64,000 nt of DNA from an uncultured Planctomycetota bacterium (lineage in GTDB: Bacteria; Planctomycetota; Planctomycetia; Isosphaerales; Isosphaeraceae): contig CAWGMQ010000008.1 of assembly GCA_963823665.1 (NCBI GenBank), forward strand, positions 1,600,001-1,664,000, in the 5' to 3' direction. Within the stretch, counting starts at the first letter, position 1; every line of letters starts with the position of its first letter. The position numbers and the translations under genes are program-made. The notes under the pieces were generated by a model, which saw only the letters and a list, made by a program, of their open reading frames with translations, had not been told where the DNA came from and did no database searches. Positions 42,038 to 51,053 of this stretch are shown here, piece after piece.

Positions 42038-44848
42038 TCACGGGCGAGGGATGGTGACGTCCGGAAGATCGATTGTCTTGCCGGCCTGGGCCGTGAATTC
42101 GAAGTCATGGCCGCGGAGGCGGTATTTCGCACCGGGGATGAGTGATGACCAGGTAATGCGGCCGTCGGCATCCGTGCGCAAGCGCCGAAGACGCTCGGAA
42201 TCGAGATTCGATTGGTACTGCATATCGGCCATGATTTGATCCGGCCGCGCGTTTATATCGGCGCCGGGCGTGATGATCAACATGAGCTGGTCGCCCGTGT
42301 GGCCCGCGATCGGCTTGCCCTGGGGGTCCTTGTATCGAACGATTGCCGCGCCACATTTCTCGAGCTGGATCGTTACCGGTCCGTCCCGGGCCGATTTGCC
42401 GGAGAGCTCGACGGTTGCCCCGAGCTGGTGCTCGCGGTCAAGGAAATGAAACGTGTAGGGTTTCTCGGGGTCGCAGCCGGGGAGCTCGAACCGGCCGTCT
42501 CGCACCTTGATCTGGGGCGCATTGCCTGTGAAGAAGGTAAATGGTGTGCCGGTCAGCTTGTTGTGAATGTAGGTTCGGCCCAGAGCGATCGCACTCGTGA
42601 TCGGGTGGCCGTCAGGCCCGATCACACGCCCGGCGACGGTAACTCCGCGCCGGAGTTGCAATTTCACGTTTTCGGGCGCCGAGCCGGGCTTGATATCGAT
42701 GTGAGCCAGCGCATCGGGGTACATGAGCGCGTTCGGCAGGGATCGAACTCTCAGCTCCTCGTTCGTCGTTGTGATGTGCAGATAGTCGGGATTCGCTGCC
42801 CGGATGAGCAGGTGGCCTGGTCCGGCGGGAACAACGATCTGGAACTTGCCTTCGGGATCGGACACTGTCTCGCTGTGCCGCAGTTCACCACGTCGAAGGA
42901 GAGGGTTGTTGATTGTCGTCTGGGCATAATGGACGAGTGCGCCGGCAACCGGCTTGCCGGACGCTGCTTCTGTGATCGTGCCGGGTACGCGCACGCCGCG
43001 GCTGAACTTGAGCTCGATCGATTGCGTCACGGCGCCTTTCGGCCAAACGAGATCCGCCCGCGCATCGAGATAAGGCTCGCCCGCAGGTGGATAGGCAGTG
43101 ATCGAGAAGGATTCGCCGGACGCAGGGATGATGCGCGCGAGGCCCTGATCGTTGGTGGCAGCACCGGTCGCTCGTTCTGTTGACGGGCGCTGTCGCCGCA
43201 CGCCGCGAACGCTTACCCAAACGCCTGGCAGGGGCTTGCCGTCGTCGGCGCGCGTGGTGCGGACCTCGATCACCTGGGCGGGAGACAGCGTCAGGGACAG
43301 TGCGCCCGTCTTCGGCTCATCCACGGGATCGATCGAGAACGTCTGCCGAGCGTGGCGGTCACTGCTGGCTTCAACCATGATCGTCGAGCTTCGACCCAGT
43401 CCGCGAAATGTGAAGCGGCCCTGGTCGTCGGTCGTCGCCGGTTCAGGCCATGCGGGGGCTTGGCCGGCGCCATCAAACGGAGCGGTGTGATACCGACTCA
43501 CGCGCACGGGGACTCCGGCGATTGGTTGGCCCTGAACGTCAAACAACCTTCCCCGAACGATTCGTTCGGGTTCCATCGTGATCGTCAAAGGCGAGCGGGG
43601 TAGATCGTCGCCGATGTACTTGCCCGTGAGCGCCCATCCCGTCGCCCCGGCGACCAGATTCAAGCCGACGCGATCGGTTGCGATCCGTGGGAAATCAACG
43701 CGGAAGCGGCCATCTGCATCGGCGGCGGCCGAGCCCAAAACTTCGTAGTGCTCCAGTTCGCGCACAAGGCGGCCTTGGGGAAGCGGCGGCGGCATGGCCA
43801 CCACGGCGACCCGGGCGCCGGGTACCGGCTTGCCATCGGGTGCGAGAACGCGGCCATGAATGGTGACCTGGTCCGGGTCCTGGCGCGAAGACGCTGCTTG
43901 TTGAGTTAATGCTTGGCCCGGGCGAAGTCCGGGCGGGGACGGATTGGGCTCGTCGTTCCTTGCCAGAGCCCGCGTCAGATAGCCGGCGCTCGTGGCGAGG
44001 GCGCCGAGCAACAGGAACGACAGCGCGAGGAGCTTCGCCTTGTGGAATAGCGTGGACCGGAGCAACTGCCTGGCGACGGCCGTCGCCAAGGGTGCGGCGG
44101 ACTGGCCGGCCGCGAACTCGATCGCGGCTCGTGCCGTTGTTTCGCACAGGTGCGGGGAAACCGATGCCGAGGCGGAGCGCGTGGAAAGGGCCGCGGCCAG
44201 GGTGGCGGCGGGTAGGATGATGCCGCGGCGCGTGAGGGCACGCCTGAGTTTTTCGCGGGCGCGGGCCATCCGGCTGCGAAGCGTGCCGTGGGACCAACGG
44301 AGCCGGCGGGCCGCTTCATGGACGGTCAGGCCCTCGAGGTAGCATAGAACGACCGGCAGGCGGAAGGTGCGTGGCAGGCGCTCGATCTCTTCGTGCAGCA
44401 GCTCAGCCTGCTCGCGGGCCAGGAGCGATTGCTCGGGGGATACAGTGGCGGCGCCTGATCTCAGGTTCGACATCTGGGATGCCTCCTCGTGCTTGCGACG
44501 GCGAGCGATGCACAGGCTTGCCTGGCGGCACGTGCGGAGGGCGACGCCGTAGAGCCAGTTGCCGAGAAGGTCGGGGTCGCGGATCGAGTGCGCCTTTTGA
44601 GCGAGGACCAGGAAGACAGCCTGCACGGCGTCTTCGGCGTCGTGGCGATCGCCCAACAGCTCGTTGCATACGCCCAGGACCAGCCGGCCGTGGCGGAACA
44701 CCAACCCGGCGAATGCCGCTTCGCCGACTGCGTCTTGCCGCGCGATGAAGCGGTCCAGGAGCTGGCGGTCCGATAGGCCGGCGACAGCGCTACCCTCGAA
44801 GAGCGACTCGAGCTGCCGCACCATCGAGCCGGATGCATGGGACTGCAT
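42038..44848 (-). CDS. ECF sigma-70 factor with TM helix and large C-terminal extension (copy 4)
   Basis: Same architecture; sigma4 TVHEAARRLRWSHGTLRSRM. Confidence 0.92.
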   Translation of the reverse strand: MQSHASGSMVRQLESLFEGSAVAGLSDRQLLDRFIARQDAVGEAAFAGLVFRHGRLVLGVCNELLGDRHDAEDAVQAVFLVLAQKAHSIRDPDLLGNWLYGVALRTCRQASLCIARRRKHEEASQMSNLRSGAATVSPEQSLLAREQAELLHEEIERLPRTFRLPVVLCYLEGLTVHEAARRLRWSHGTLRSRMARAREKLRRALTRRGIILPAATLAAALSTRSASASVSPHLCETTARAAIEFAAGQSAAPLATAVARQLLRSTLFHKAKLLALSFLLLGALATSAGYLTRALARNDEPNPSPPGLRPGQALTQQAASSRQDPDQVTIHGRVLAPDGKPVPGARVAVVAMPPPLPQGRLVRELEHYEVLGSAAADADGRFRVDFPRIATDRVGLNLVAGATGWALTGKYIGDDLPRSPLTITMEPERIVRGRLFDVQGQPIAGVPVRVSRYHTAPFDGAGQAPAWPEPATTDDQGRFTFRGLGRSSTIMVEASSDRHARQTFSIDPVDEPKTGALSLTLSPAQVIEVRTTRADDGKPLPGVWVSVRGVRRQRPSTERATGAATNDQGLARIIPASGESFSITAYPPAGEPYLDARADLVWPKGAVTQSIELKFSRGVRVPGTITEAASGKPVAGALVHYAQTTINNPLLRRGELRHSETVSDPEGKFQIVVPAGPGHLLIRAANPDYLHITTTNEELRVRSLPNALMYPDALAHIDIKPGSAPENVKLQLRRGVTVAGRVIGPDGHPITSAIALGRTYIHNKLTGTPFTFFTGNAPQIKVRDGRFELPGCDPEKPYTFHFLDREHQLGATVELSGKSARDGPVTIQLEKCGAAIVRYKDPQGKPIAGHTGDQLMLIITPGADINARPDQIMADMQYQSNLDSERLRRLRTDADGRITWSSLIPGAKYRLRGHDFEFTAQAGKTIDLPDVTIPRP

Positions 44849-44890
44849 CGCCGCTGGTTCTCCGCATCATGAAACTCGTTACCACGCGAG

Positions 44891-44920
44891 GTACTGTGTT
44901 GCCGGCTGCTATTGTATCCC
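44891..44920 (-). promoter_or_regulatory. Conserved bipartite motif upstream of ECF copy 4
   Basis: GGGATAC-AATAGCAGCCGGCAACA-CAGTAC. Confidence 0.7.
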
Positions 44921-45044
44921 AGGTTGCCGTGGAAGTCGCGACAGAACGCAGATCTTCCGCGGTACGAGTGATCGATCGCACTCGGCCCTCACCCGGCCTT
45001 TGGCCTCCCTCTCCCAGGGGGAGAGCAGGTTCAGCTCGCGGTTG

Positions 45045-47945
45045 TCATCGGGCTTGGGGCTTCCCGATCAGGATATCGCCCAGCACGGTGGTTTCGCCGG
45101 GCTTGACGGTGAAGTCTTTGCGCACCGGAGCGGCAGGTGGATTGCGGACGACGATTCGATAGTTTGCGCCGGGGATCAGAGCGGGGAATGTGATTTGACC
45201 CAGAGCATCGGACTGGGGGGGTACCGGATAGTTGATCGGGTCGATCCTGGACAGGTATCCACTTTCGGTTGCAAGGTCATTCGCGCCGACTACGTCGCCG
45301 CGTGCCGGATCTGGTCCGAATCTGACGATCATCGAAGTCATTAACTGGTCGCGGTACCCGGCCACGGGCTTGTTACCGGCGTCGACAAGCCGGGCGACGG
45401 CCGAGCCGCAGGGCTCGAGGCGAATCGTGATAGGCCCGCCGGCCGCGGACTTCCCCGAGAGGTGGGCCACCGCGCCGAGCTTGCGCTTCGGCTGAAAGAA
45501 ATAGACGGGGATCTCGGTATCGGGATCGATCCCGTGCAACTCGAATCGGCCGCTCGGTGCCGTGCCGTGATAGAAACCCGACCAGACGCGCCAAGCGACG
45601 GAACCCGGCCCGAGTGCGGCCCGGCCCATGATCCAGGTATCCGGAACCGGCTGATCGTCGGGACCGACGATTCGGCCCGAGACCGTCTGGCCGCGGCGAA
45701 GCGTGACCTGGACCTCGAGGCCGCTGCCGCCTGATTTCGGTGCGCAGGCGATGAAGCTGTGGGAATAGATTGGCCGGCCGCCTGGCAAACCCTCGTAGAA
45801 CTCGCGATTGCCAATCGCCCGCAACACAAAATCCTCGCTGGGACCCTGAACGGCCAGGTAACCGCCGGCGGCGGGGCCCACGGCGAGCTCGAAGGATCCG
45901 TCGGCTTGGGACTCTGCTTGACCGCTCCCACTGGCATTGGCGCCGGGCGCGGAACGTGGGACGAACATCACCCACGCGCCTGCGACCGGAGCCTTCGAGC
46001 CTTCCTCGGTGACCTTTCCGCGGATCGGCACGCCGCGGGGAAGAGCCAGGTCGACCGACTGCTCAGCCGCGCCCTTGGGCCATTCGATTCTCCTGGAAGC
46101 GGCCAGGTAAGGCTCCCCGACCAGCGGAATCGCTGCGATGGCGAAGACATCACCGGGTAATGGATTCGCGCGAAATCGACCGTCGGCGTTGGCTTGAAAG
46201 GGGATTGTCCGGAAGCCTCTTTGACCCGCCCCTCCGGCAGCGATCTGGATCCGAGCTTCCGGGACAGGCTTGCCCGTGTCAGCGTATGTTACGCGGCCGG
46301 TGAATATCCTGGCGGGTTGCAGGGCCGCGGCGAAGGACTTCGCGTCCGGGGAATCGTCGGTCGCGACATCGATCATCTGGATCGCAAATCGCGGGTCGAT
46401 GATGCTGAGCTGAGCCTCGAGTCGATGGCCGATGCCGTGCAGCTCGAACCGTCCTTCGGCGTCGGTCGTCACGGGCTTGGGCCAGGCTGGAATGTCGTTG
46501 ACACGAAACCAGTACGAGGGCCCGTCGAGGTGCGCACGCGGAAGATCGCTACCCTGTGGCTCCGGAGCGAGGACGCGCCGGATTGCGGAGACCGAGACGA
46601 CGACGCCCTGCGCCGGGCGCTCTTGCAAGTCGAATAGCCGGCCCTTGATCACTTGCTCGCGGCGGAGCGATATGTCGGCGGCGGGCTGATCGAGATCAGG
46701 GTCGATCTCGGCCCACCCGACCGCAAAGCCGGGCGCCAAGGCGATCGCCATGAATTCGTCATTTCGCGTCGACGACGTGCGAGGAGCATCGAGTCGAAAC
46801 CGGCCGGATCCGTCGGCTGCCGCGTGTGCGATCACAGCCTGGTGCTGTCCTTCGAGCCGGGCGACTCTGGGCGACAGCTTGGTGCGGGCGGAGGCGACCA
46901 CGATCGCGCCGGGCACCGGCTTGCCTTCTGGATCGAGGACACGGCCAACCACGAACATTCGCCCCGGAGCCGGCTTGGGCGCTGGATCATCCGGACGAGC
47001 AGCAGCCGGCGATTGGCGACTGGCCGCCAGGCGTTGGGGCTCATCGTTCCTCGCCTGAGCGCGAGCAAGATAACCGGCACTCGAGGCAACGGCGCCGACC
47101 AAGAGCAACGCGAGTGCGAGGATCTTCAACTTGTGAAAAAACATGGTTTGCATTACCTCCAGAGCCAGCGCCGCCGCCAGGGGCGCGGCGGATTGGCCGG
47201 CGGCGAACTGGATTGCGGCACGGGCGGTTGTTTCGCACAGGTGGGGTGAGGGCGATGCCCTTGCCGAGCTGTGTGACAGAGCCGCGACCAGCGCGGCGGC
47301 GGGCAAGACGACACCGCGGCGGGTGAGGCCGCGCTTGAGCTTGTGTCGTGCGCGGGCGATCCGGCTGCGAACCGTTCCGGCGGGGCAGCGCAGCCGGTTC
47401 GCGGCCTCGTCGAGCGTCAGGCCTTCGAAGTAACAGAGGACCACCGGCTTGCGAAACGAAGCTGGGAGCCGGGCGATTTCGCTGTGCAGGGCCTCGGCCT
47501 GCTCGCGATCGATGGTGGGCTCGAGCATCGAACAGAGCAGCGCAGGCGAGCCCGGATCATGTTGGCGCACGAGGCCAGCCTCTTCTTTCTTGCGGCGGCG
47601 GTTGAGCTGGACCTTTGCGCAACGGGCCGTGCGGAGCGCGACTCCGTAGAGCCAGTTTGCCAGAAGATCCGGGTCGCGGATCGAGCGCGCCTTGCGAGCC
47701 AGCACGAGGAAGACGGCCTGGAACGCGTCTTCGGCGTGATGAAGGTCGCCCAGAAGCTGATGACAGAGGTCAAGAACCATCGGGCCGTGCCGCGCGACGA
47801 TCGCGGTGAAAGCGGCTTCGCCGGCGGTGTCGCGCGCCCGGGTGAAACGATCCAGGAGCTGGCGGTCGGAGAGGCCGGCGACCGAGCGGCCATCGAAGAG
47901 CGACTCGAGCGACTGGACCAGACACCCCGGTGCGTTGCGCGACAT
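45045..47945 (-). CDS. ECF sigma-70 factor with TM helix and large C-terminal extension (copy 5)
   Basis: Same architecture; sigma4 TLDEAANRLRCPAGTVRSRI. Confidence 0.92.
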   Translation of the reverse strand: MSRNAPGCLVQSLESLFDGRSVAGLSDRQLLDRFTRARDTAGEAAFTAIVARHGPMVLDLCHQLLGDLHHAEDAFQAVFLVLARKARSIRDPDLLANWLYGVALRTARCAKVQLNRRRKKEEAGLVRQHDPGSPALLCSMLEPTIDREQAEALHSEIARLPASFRKPVVLCYFEGLTLDEAANRLRCPAGTVRSRIARARHKLKRGLTRRGVVLPAAALVAALSHSSARASPSPHLCETTARAAIQFAAGQSAAPLAAALALEVMQTMFFHKLKILALALLLVGAVASSAGYLARAQARNDEPQRLAASRQSPAAARPDDPAPKPAPGRMFVVGRVLDPEGKPVPGAIVVASARTKLSPRVARLEGQHQAVIAHAAADGSGRFRLDAPRTSSTRNDEFMAIALAPGFAVGWAEIDPDLDQPAADISLRREQVIKGRLFDLQERPAQGVVVSVSAIRRVLAPEPQGSDLPRAHLDGPSYWFRVNDIPAWPKPVTTDAEGRFELHGIGHRLEAQLSIIDPRFAIQMIDVATDDSPDAKSFAAALQPARIFTGRVTYADTGKPVPEARIQIAAGGAGQRGFRTIPFQANADGRFRANPLPGDVFAIAAIPLVGEPYLAASRRIEWPKGAAEQSVDLALPRGVPIRGKVTEEGSKAPVAGAWVMFVPRSAPGANASGSGQAESQADGSFELAVGPAAGGYLAVQGPSEDFVLRAIGNREFYEGLPGGRPIYSHSFIACAPKSGGSGLEVQVTLRRGQTVSGRIVGPDDQPVPDTWIMGRAALGPGSVAWRVWSGFYHGTAPSGRFELHGIDPDTEIPVYFFQPKRKLGAVAHLSGKSAAGGPITIRLEPCGSAVARLVDAGNKPVAGYRDQLMTSMIVRFGPDPARGDVVGANDLATESGYLSRIDPINYPVPPQSDALGQITFPALIPGANYRIVVRNPPAAPVRKDFTVKPGETTVLGDILIGKPQAR

Positions 47946-48014
47946 GTGTTCCGGATCTCTCGTCTTCTACATGGCTCGGCCGGAGAATCCCGGCGTGAAA
48001 TCTTCCCACGCTAT

Positions 48015-48044
48015 ATACTGGGCAGTCGACTACGATGTTATCCC
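48015..48044 (-). promoter_or_regulatory. Conserved bipartite motif upstream of ECF copy 5
   Basis: GGGATAA-CATCGTAGTCGACTGCC-CAGTAT. Confidence 0.65.
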
Positions 48045-48073
48045 AGGTTGCGGTCGAAGAGGAGAAGCCGCAG

Positions 48074-49300
48074 ATGAACAAGCAGGCGATCGCCCTGCTT
48101 TCGCTCGGGCATTTTCTGATCGACTTTTGCCAGGGCGTGGTTCCGGCTCTGGTGCCGTTTCTGGTGGACGAGAGGCGATTCAGCTATGCGATGGCCGCGA
48201 GCCTGGTGTTTGCAATCAGTGCGACTTCGTCGATCGTGCAGCCGCTCTTCGGCGGGCTCGCTGATCGCATTGGCGTGTGGTGGCTCTTGCCGGGAAGCGT
48301 GCTGCTGGCTGGCGTGAGTCTGGCAATCGGGACTCAAGCGGAAAGCTACCCGGTCGTGCTCGCGGCTGTGGGACTGAGCGGCCTGGGGGTGGCGGCCTTT
48401 CATCCCGAGGCCGCGCGCAAAGCTCACATCGCCAGCGGCGACAAGCGAACGACCGGGATGAGCTATTTCTCGGTCGGAGGCGGGTTGGGGTTTGCCCTCG
48501 CGCCTGTGATCACGACAGCGGTGGTTGTTTCCTGGGGCATGCGCGGAATCGCGGCCCTGCTCCTGCCGACCGGCGTGGTCGCGCTTTTGATCGGCTGCTT
48601 GATCGGCAGAGCAGGTGCAAGACCGCATTCCGATGGACATGGGCCGAGCTTCACGGGGGAAGACGACTGGCGGGGCTTCGGAATCCTCTCCGGCGCGACG
48701 GTCTGCCGTTCGATCGTGTTTTATGGCCTCAATACGTTCCTGGCGCTTTACTTCATGAACCGCTGGGGCCAGACCGCGGCGGAAGGAAACCGGGCGCTGG
48801 CCATTTTTCTGGGCACCAGCATCGTGGGAACGCTGACAGGGGGCTATCTCGCCGACCGGCTGGGGCGACGGAAAGTGATCCGCATGGGCTTCGCCGGGGG
48901 CGTGTTGTTCCTGGCGCTGTTTGCGGTCAGCACCAATCGATCGCTGGCTCTCGCGCTCCTGGTTCCGCTGGCCGTCTTTTTATTCATGCCCACCTCGGTT
49001 CTGGTGGTTCTGGGGCAAGAGTACTTGCCGCGGCGGGTGGGGATGGCCTCGGGCGTGACCTTGGGCCTGGCCGTGAGCGTCGGCGGGATGTGCGCGCCGT
49101 TGCTAGGGCGGCTGGGCGACCGATACGGATTGTTCAGCGTCATCATGGTGCTGATCACGCTCATGATCGTGGCAGCATTCCAGACGCTTGCTTTGCCCCC
49201 GGCGGGCCGGCACGATCGACGCGCGGCTGAGGCGGGCGCGGCCGACAGGGGGCAAACTGTGGCGAGTGGTGAGCGTGTTGGGGCGCGCGACATGGTTTGA
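48074..49300 (+). CDS. MFS transporter, Fsr (fosmidomycin resistance)-like
   Basis: GHFLID..QG, QPLFGGLADR, AAFHPEA, GMSYFSVGG, GYLADRLGRR. Confidence 0.88.
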   Translation: MNKQAIALLSLGHFLIDFCQGVVPALVPFLVDERRFSYAMAASLVFAISATSSIVQPLFGGLADRIGVWWLLPGSVLLAGVSLAIGTQAESYPVVLAAVGLSGLGVAAFHPEAARKAHIASGDKRTTGMSYFSVGGGLGFALAPVITTAVVVSWGMRGIAALLLPTGVVALLIGCLIGRAGARPHSDGHGPSFTGEDDWRGFGILSGATVCRSIVFYGLNTFLALYFMNRWGQTAAEGNRALAIFLGTSIVGTLTGGYLADRLGRRKVIRMGFAGGVLFLALFAVSTNRSLALALLVPLAVFLFMPTSVLVVLGQEYLPRRVGMASGVTLGLAVSVGGMCAPLLGRLGDRYGLFSVIMVLITLMIVAAFQTLALPPAGRHDRRAAEAGAADRGQTVASGERVGARDMV

Positions 49301-49362
49301 GTGGCGGAGGCGGGAACAGGACAAGGCGTGCGCCGCCGTAACTGGATTGCGACCTACCCGCA

Positions 49363-50159
49363 ATTCTTGACCGCTACGATCGCCCGGTCGTGAGCTTGGC
49401 GGTATTGTGCGACGAGCAGCGGAGTTGGCGGCCCGACCGATTCGTGTACAATAATTTGGGCGTGGTTCAATTGCGGGTAACACCACCGGCGAACTGGCGC
49501 GAAGCGGGAGCAAGACTAACCGGAGCCCTCGCTTGCGCTTCGGGTTAGTGTAGTTGCCAGGACGCGTCTGCAACGTGTCACCCTAACAGCGGCCCGATTG
49601 AACCACGCCATAATTTGGGCTGTGATCTCGACTTTCGGTTCCCGATGGTCAAGCTGATCGACTATCGCCGGGACGAGGCGGCCCTTGAGCAGTCTGGCAA
49701 TCCGTTTGCGGCCGTCATCCTGGCGCAGCTCAAGGTTCTCGAGACGCGGGATGCGCCCGCGACGCGGTGGCAATGGAAGCTTCGCCTGGTCAAGAGCCTT
49801 TACGATCGTGGGCTGAAACGAGAGCAGGTGCGGCAACTTTTTCGTGTGCTCGACTGGATGTTGGCCCTTCCGCCGGAGCTCGAGCAGTCGTTCCGAACTG
49901 ACCTCGAGCGTTTTGAGGAGGCTCGACGCATGCCTTATGTGACGAGTATTGAAAGACTGCGCGCGAAGAAGGACACAAAGAAGGCGTGGCAGAAGGCCTG
50001 CAGATCGCCATCCTCAAGCTGCTGGAGCTCAAGTTCAAGAAATTGCCGGCCAAGCATGAACGAAAGCTCCGCTCGATCAGCGAGATCGAGCGGCTGGGCG
50101 AACTGTTTCAAGCCGCGAATGACGCCGAGACGCTCGATGATGTCCTCTCGCAGCTCTAA
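49363..50159 (+). pseudogene. Rpn-like (PD-(D/E)XK transposase/nuclease, DUF4351-type tail) remnant: 5'-truncated and MITE-interrupted
   Basis: ILDRYDRPVVSLAVLCDE..WRP..F.YNNL | GCDLDFRFPMVKLIDY...NPFAAVILAQLK...LDWMLALP...MPYVTSIERLAREEG.KEG. Confidence 0.85.
49459..49609. mobile_element. 151-bp MITE with 13-bp terminal inverted repeats and 8-bp target site duplication
   Basis: GGCGTGGTTCAAT (49459-49471) ... ATTGAACCACGCC (49597-49609); ATAATTTG at 49451-49458 and 49610-49617; removal restores the reading frame. Confidence 0.9.
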
Positions 50160-50172
50160 GGAGGCTCGACGC

Positions 50173-50482
50173 ATGCCTTATGTGACGAGTATTGAAAGAC
50201 TGGCGCGAAGAAGGATATCGTGAAGGATATCGGATAGGTTTTCGGATAGGACTTCGCGAAGGAATCGAGAAAGTATTCGAGAAATGACGTCAGCAGGGTA
50301 TAGCCGAAGGATTCCAGGCTGCCATCCTGGAGCTTCTGGAGGGCAGCTTCAAGAAAGTGGCGGCCAAAGACGTGCAATCTGTCCGCTCGGTGCGCGACAT
50401 TGAGCGGCTCAAGGCGTTGCTGCGAGCCGCGGGTGACGCTGACACGCTCCAGGAAGCCCTCTTGTCGCTTAGAGATGATTAG
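50173..50482 (+). pseudogene. Stand-alone second Rpn C-terminal cassette (RpnS-like), with frameshift and internal TGA at 50285
   Basis: Own AAGGAG RBS + ATG; MPYVTSIERL(A)REEGYREGYRIG...GIAEGFQAAILELLEGSF...DIERLKALLRAA. Confidence 0.75.
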
Positions 50483-50484
50483 CA

Positions 50485-50994
50485 ATGATCAAGAAAACTC
50501 TCGCACTGGTGGTGTGTGGTGTGGCGCTGGCCGTGGCCTGGGCCGGGCTCAGAGCCCGTGGGGATGACAAATCGGACGCCGTCGTCCGCGACGTGCGTGC
50601 GGTTCTCGATCAGCAGGTCGTCGACTGGAACAAAGGGGATCTCGACGGATTTCTCGCCGGATACTGGAATTCTCCGAAGGTCGTGTTCATGTCGGGCGGG
50701 CAGCGGTTTGACGGGTATGAGGCCATGCGCGATCGGTATCGCCGTCGATACAAAGCCGAGGGGAGGGCGATGGGGCAGCTCGCGTTCTCGGAGCTCGAGA
50801 TCGAAGCGCTCGGGGCGGAATCGGTGTTTGCGCGGGGGCGATTTAATCTGACGATGCCTGACGGCTCGAAGCCGACAGGGCTGTTCACGATCATCCTGCG
50901 GAAGTTTCCGGACGGCTGGAAGATCGTGCATGACCACACGTCGGCTGAGGAGGCGCGCCAGCCGACTGCGGTCAAGAAACCCGCTGAGCCGTGA
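50485..50994 (+). CDS. Secreted NTF2-like / DUF4440 (YybH-like) protein
   Basis: Q..DWNKGDLDGFLAGYWNS, MGQLAFS, GWKIVHDHTS. Confidence 0.85.
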   Translation: MIKKTLALVVCGVALAVAWAGLRARGDDKSDAVVRDVRAVLDQQVVDWNKGDLDGFLAGYWNSPKVVFMSGGQRFDGYEAMRDRYRRRYKAEGRAMGQLAFSELEIEALGAESVFARGRFNLTMPDGSKPTGLFTIILRKFPDGWKIVHDHTSAEEARQPTAVKKPAEP

Positions 50995-51053
50995 GCGGGC
51001 GGACGGCTCGAACGCGAGATGACTTTGGGCGAGCCTTGATGCACCACGTCAGT

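Noticed and set aside
32750..47945. Diversity-generating retroelement or invertase shufflon acting on the ECF array
   Set aside because: No reverse transcriptase or recombinase, no template/variable repeat pair, and all copies are full-length and co-oriented
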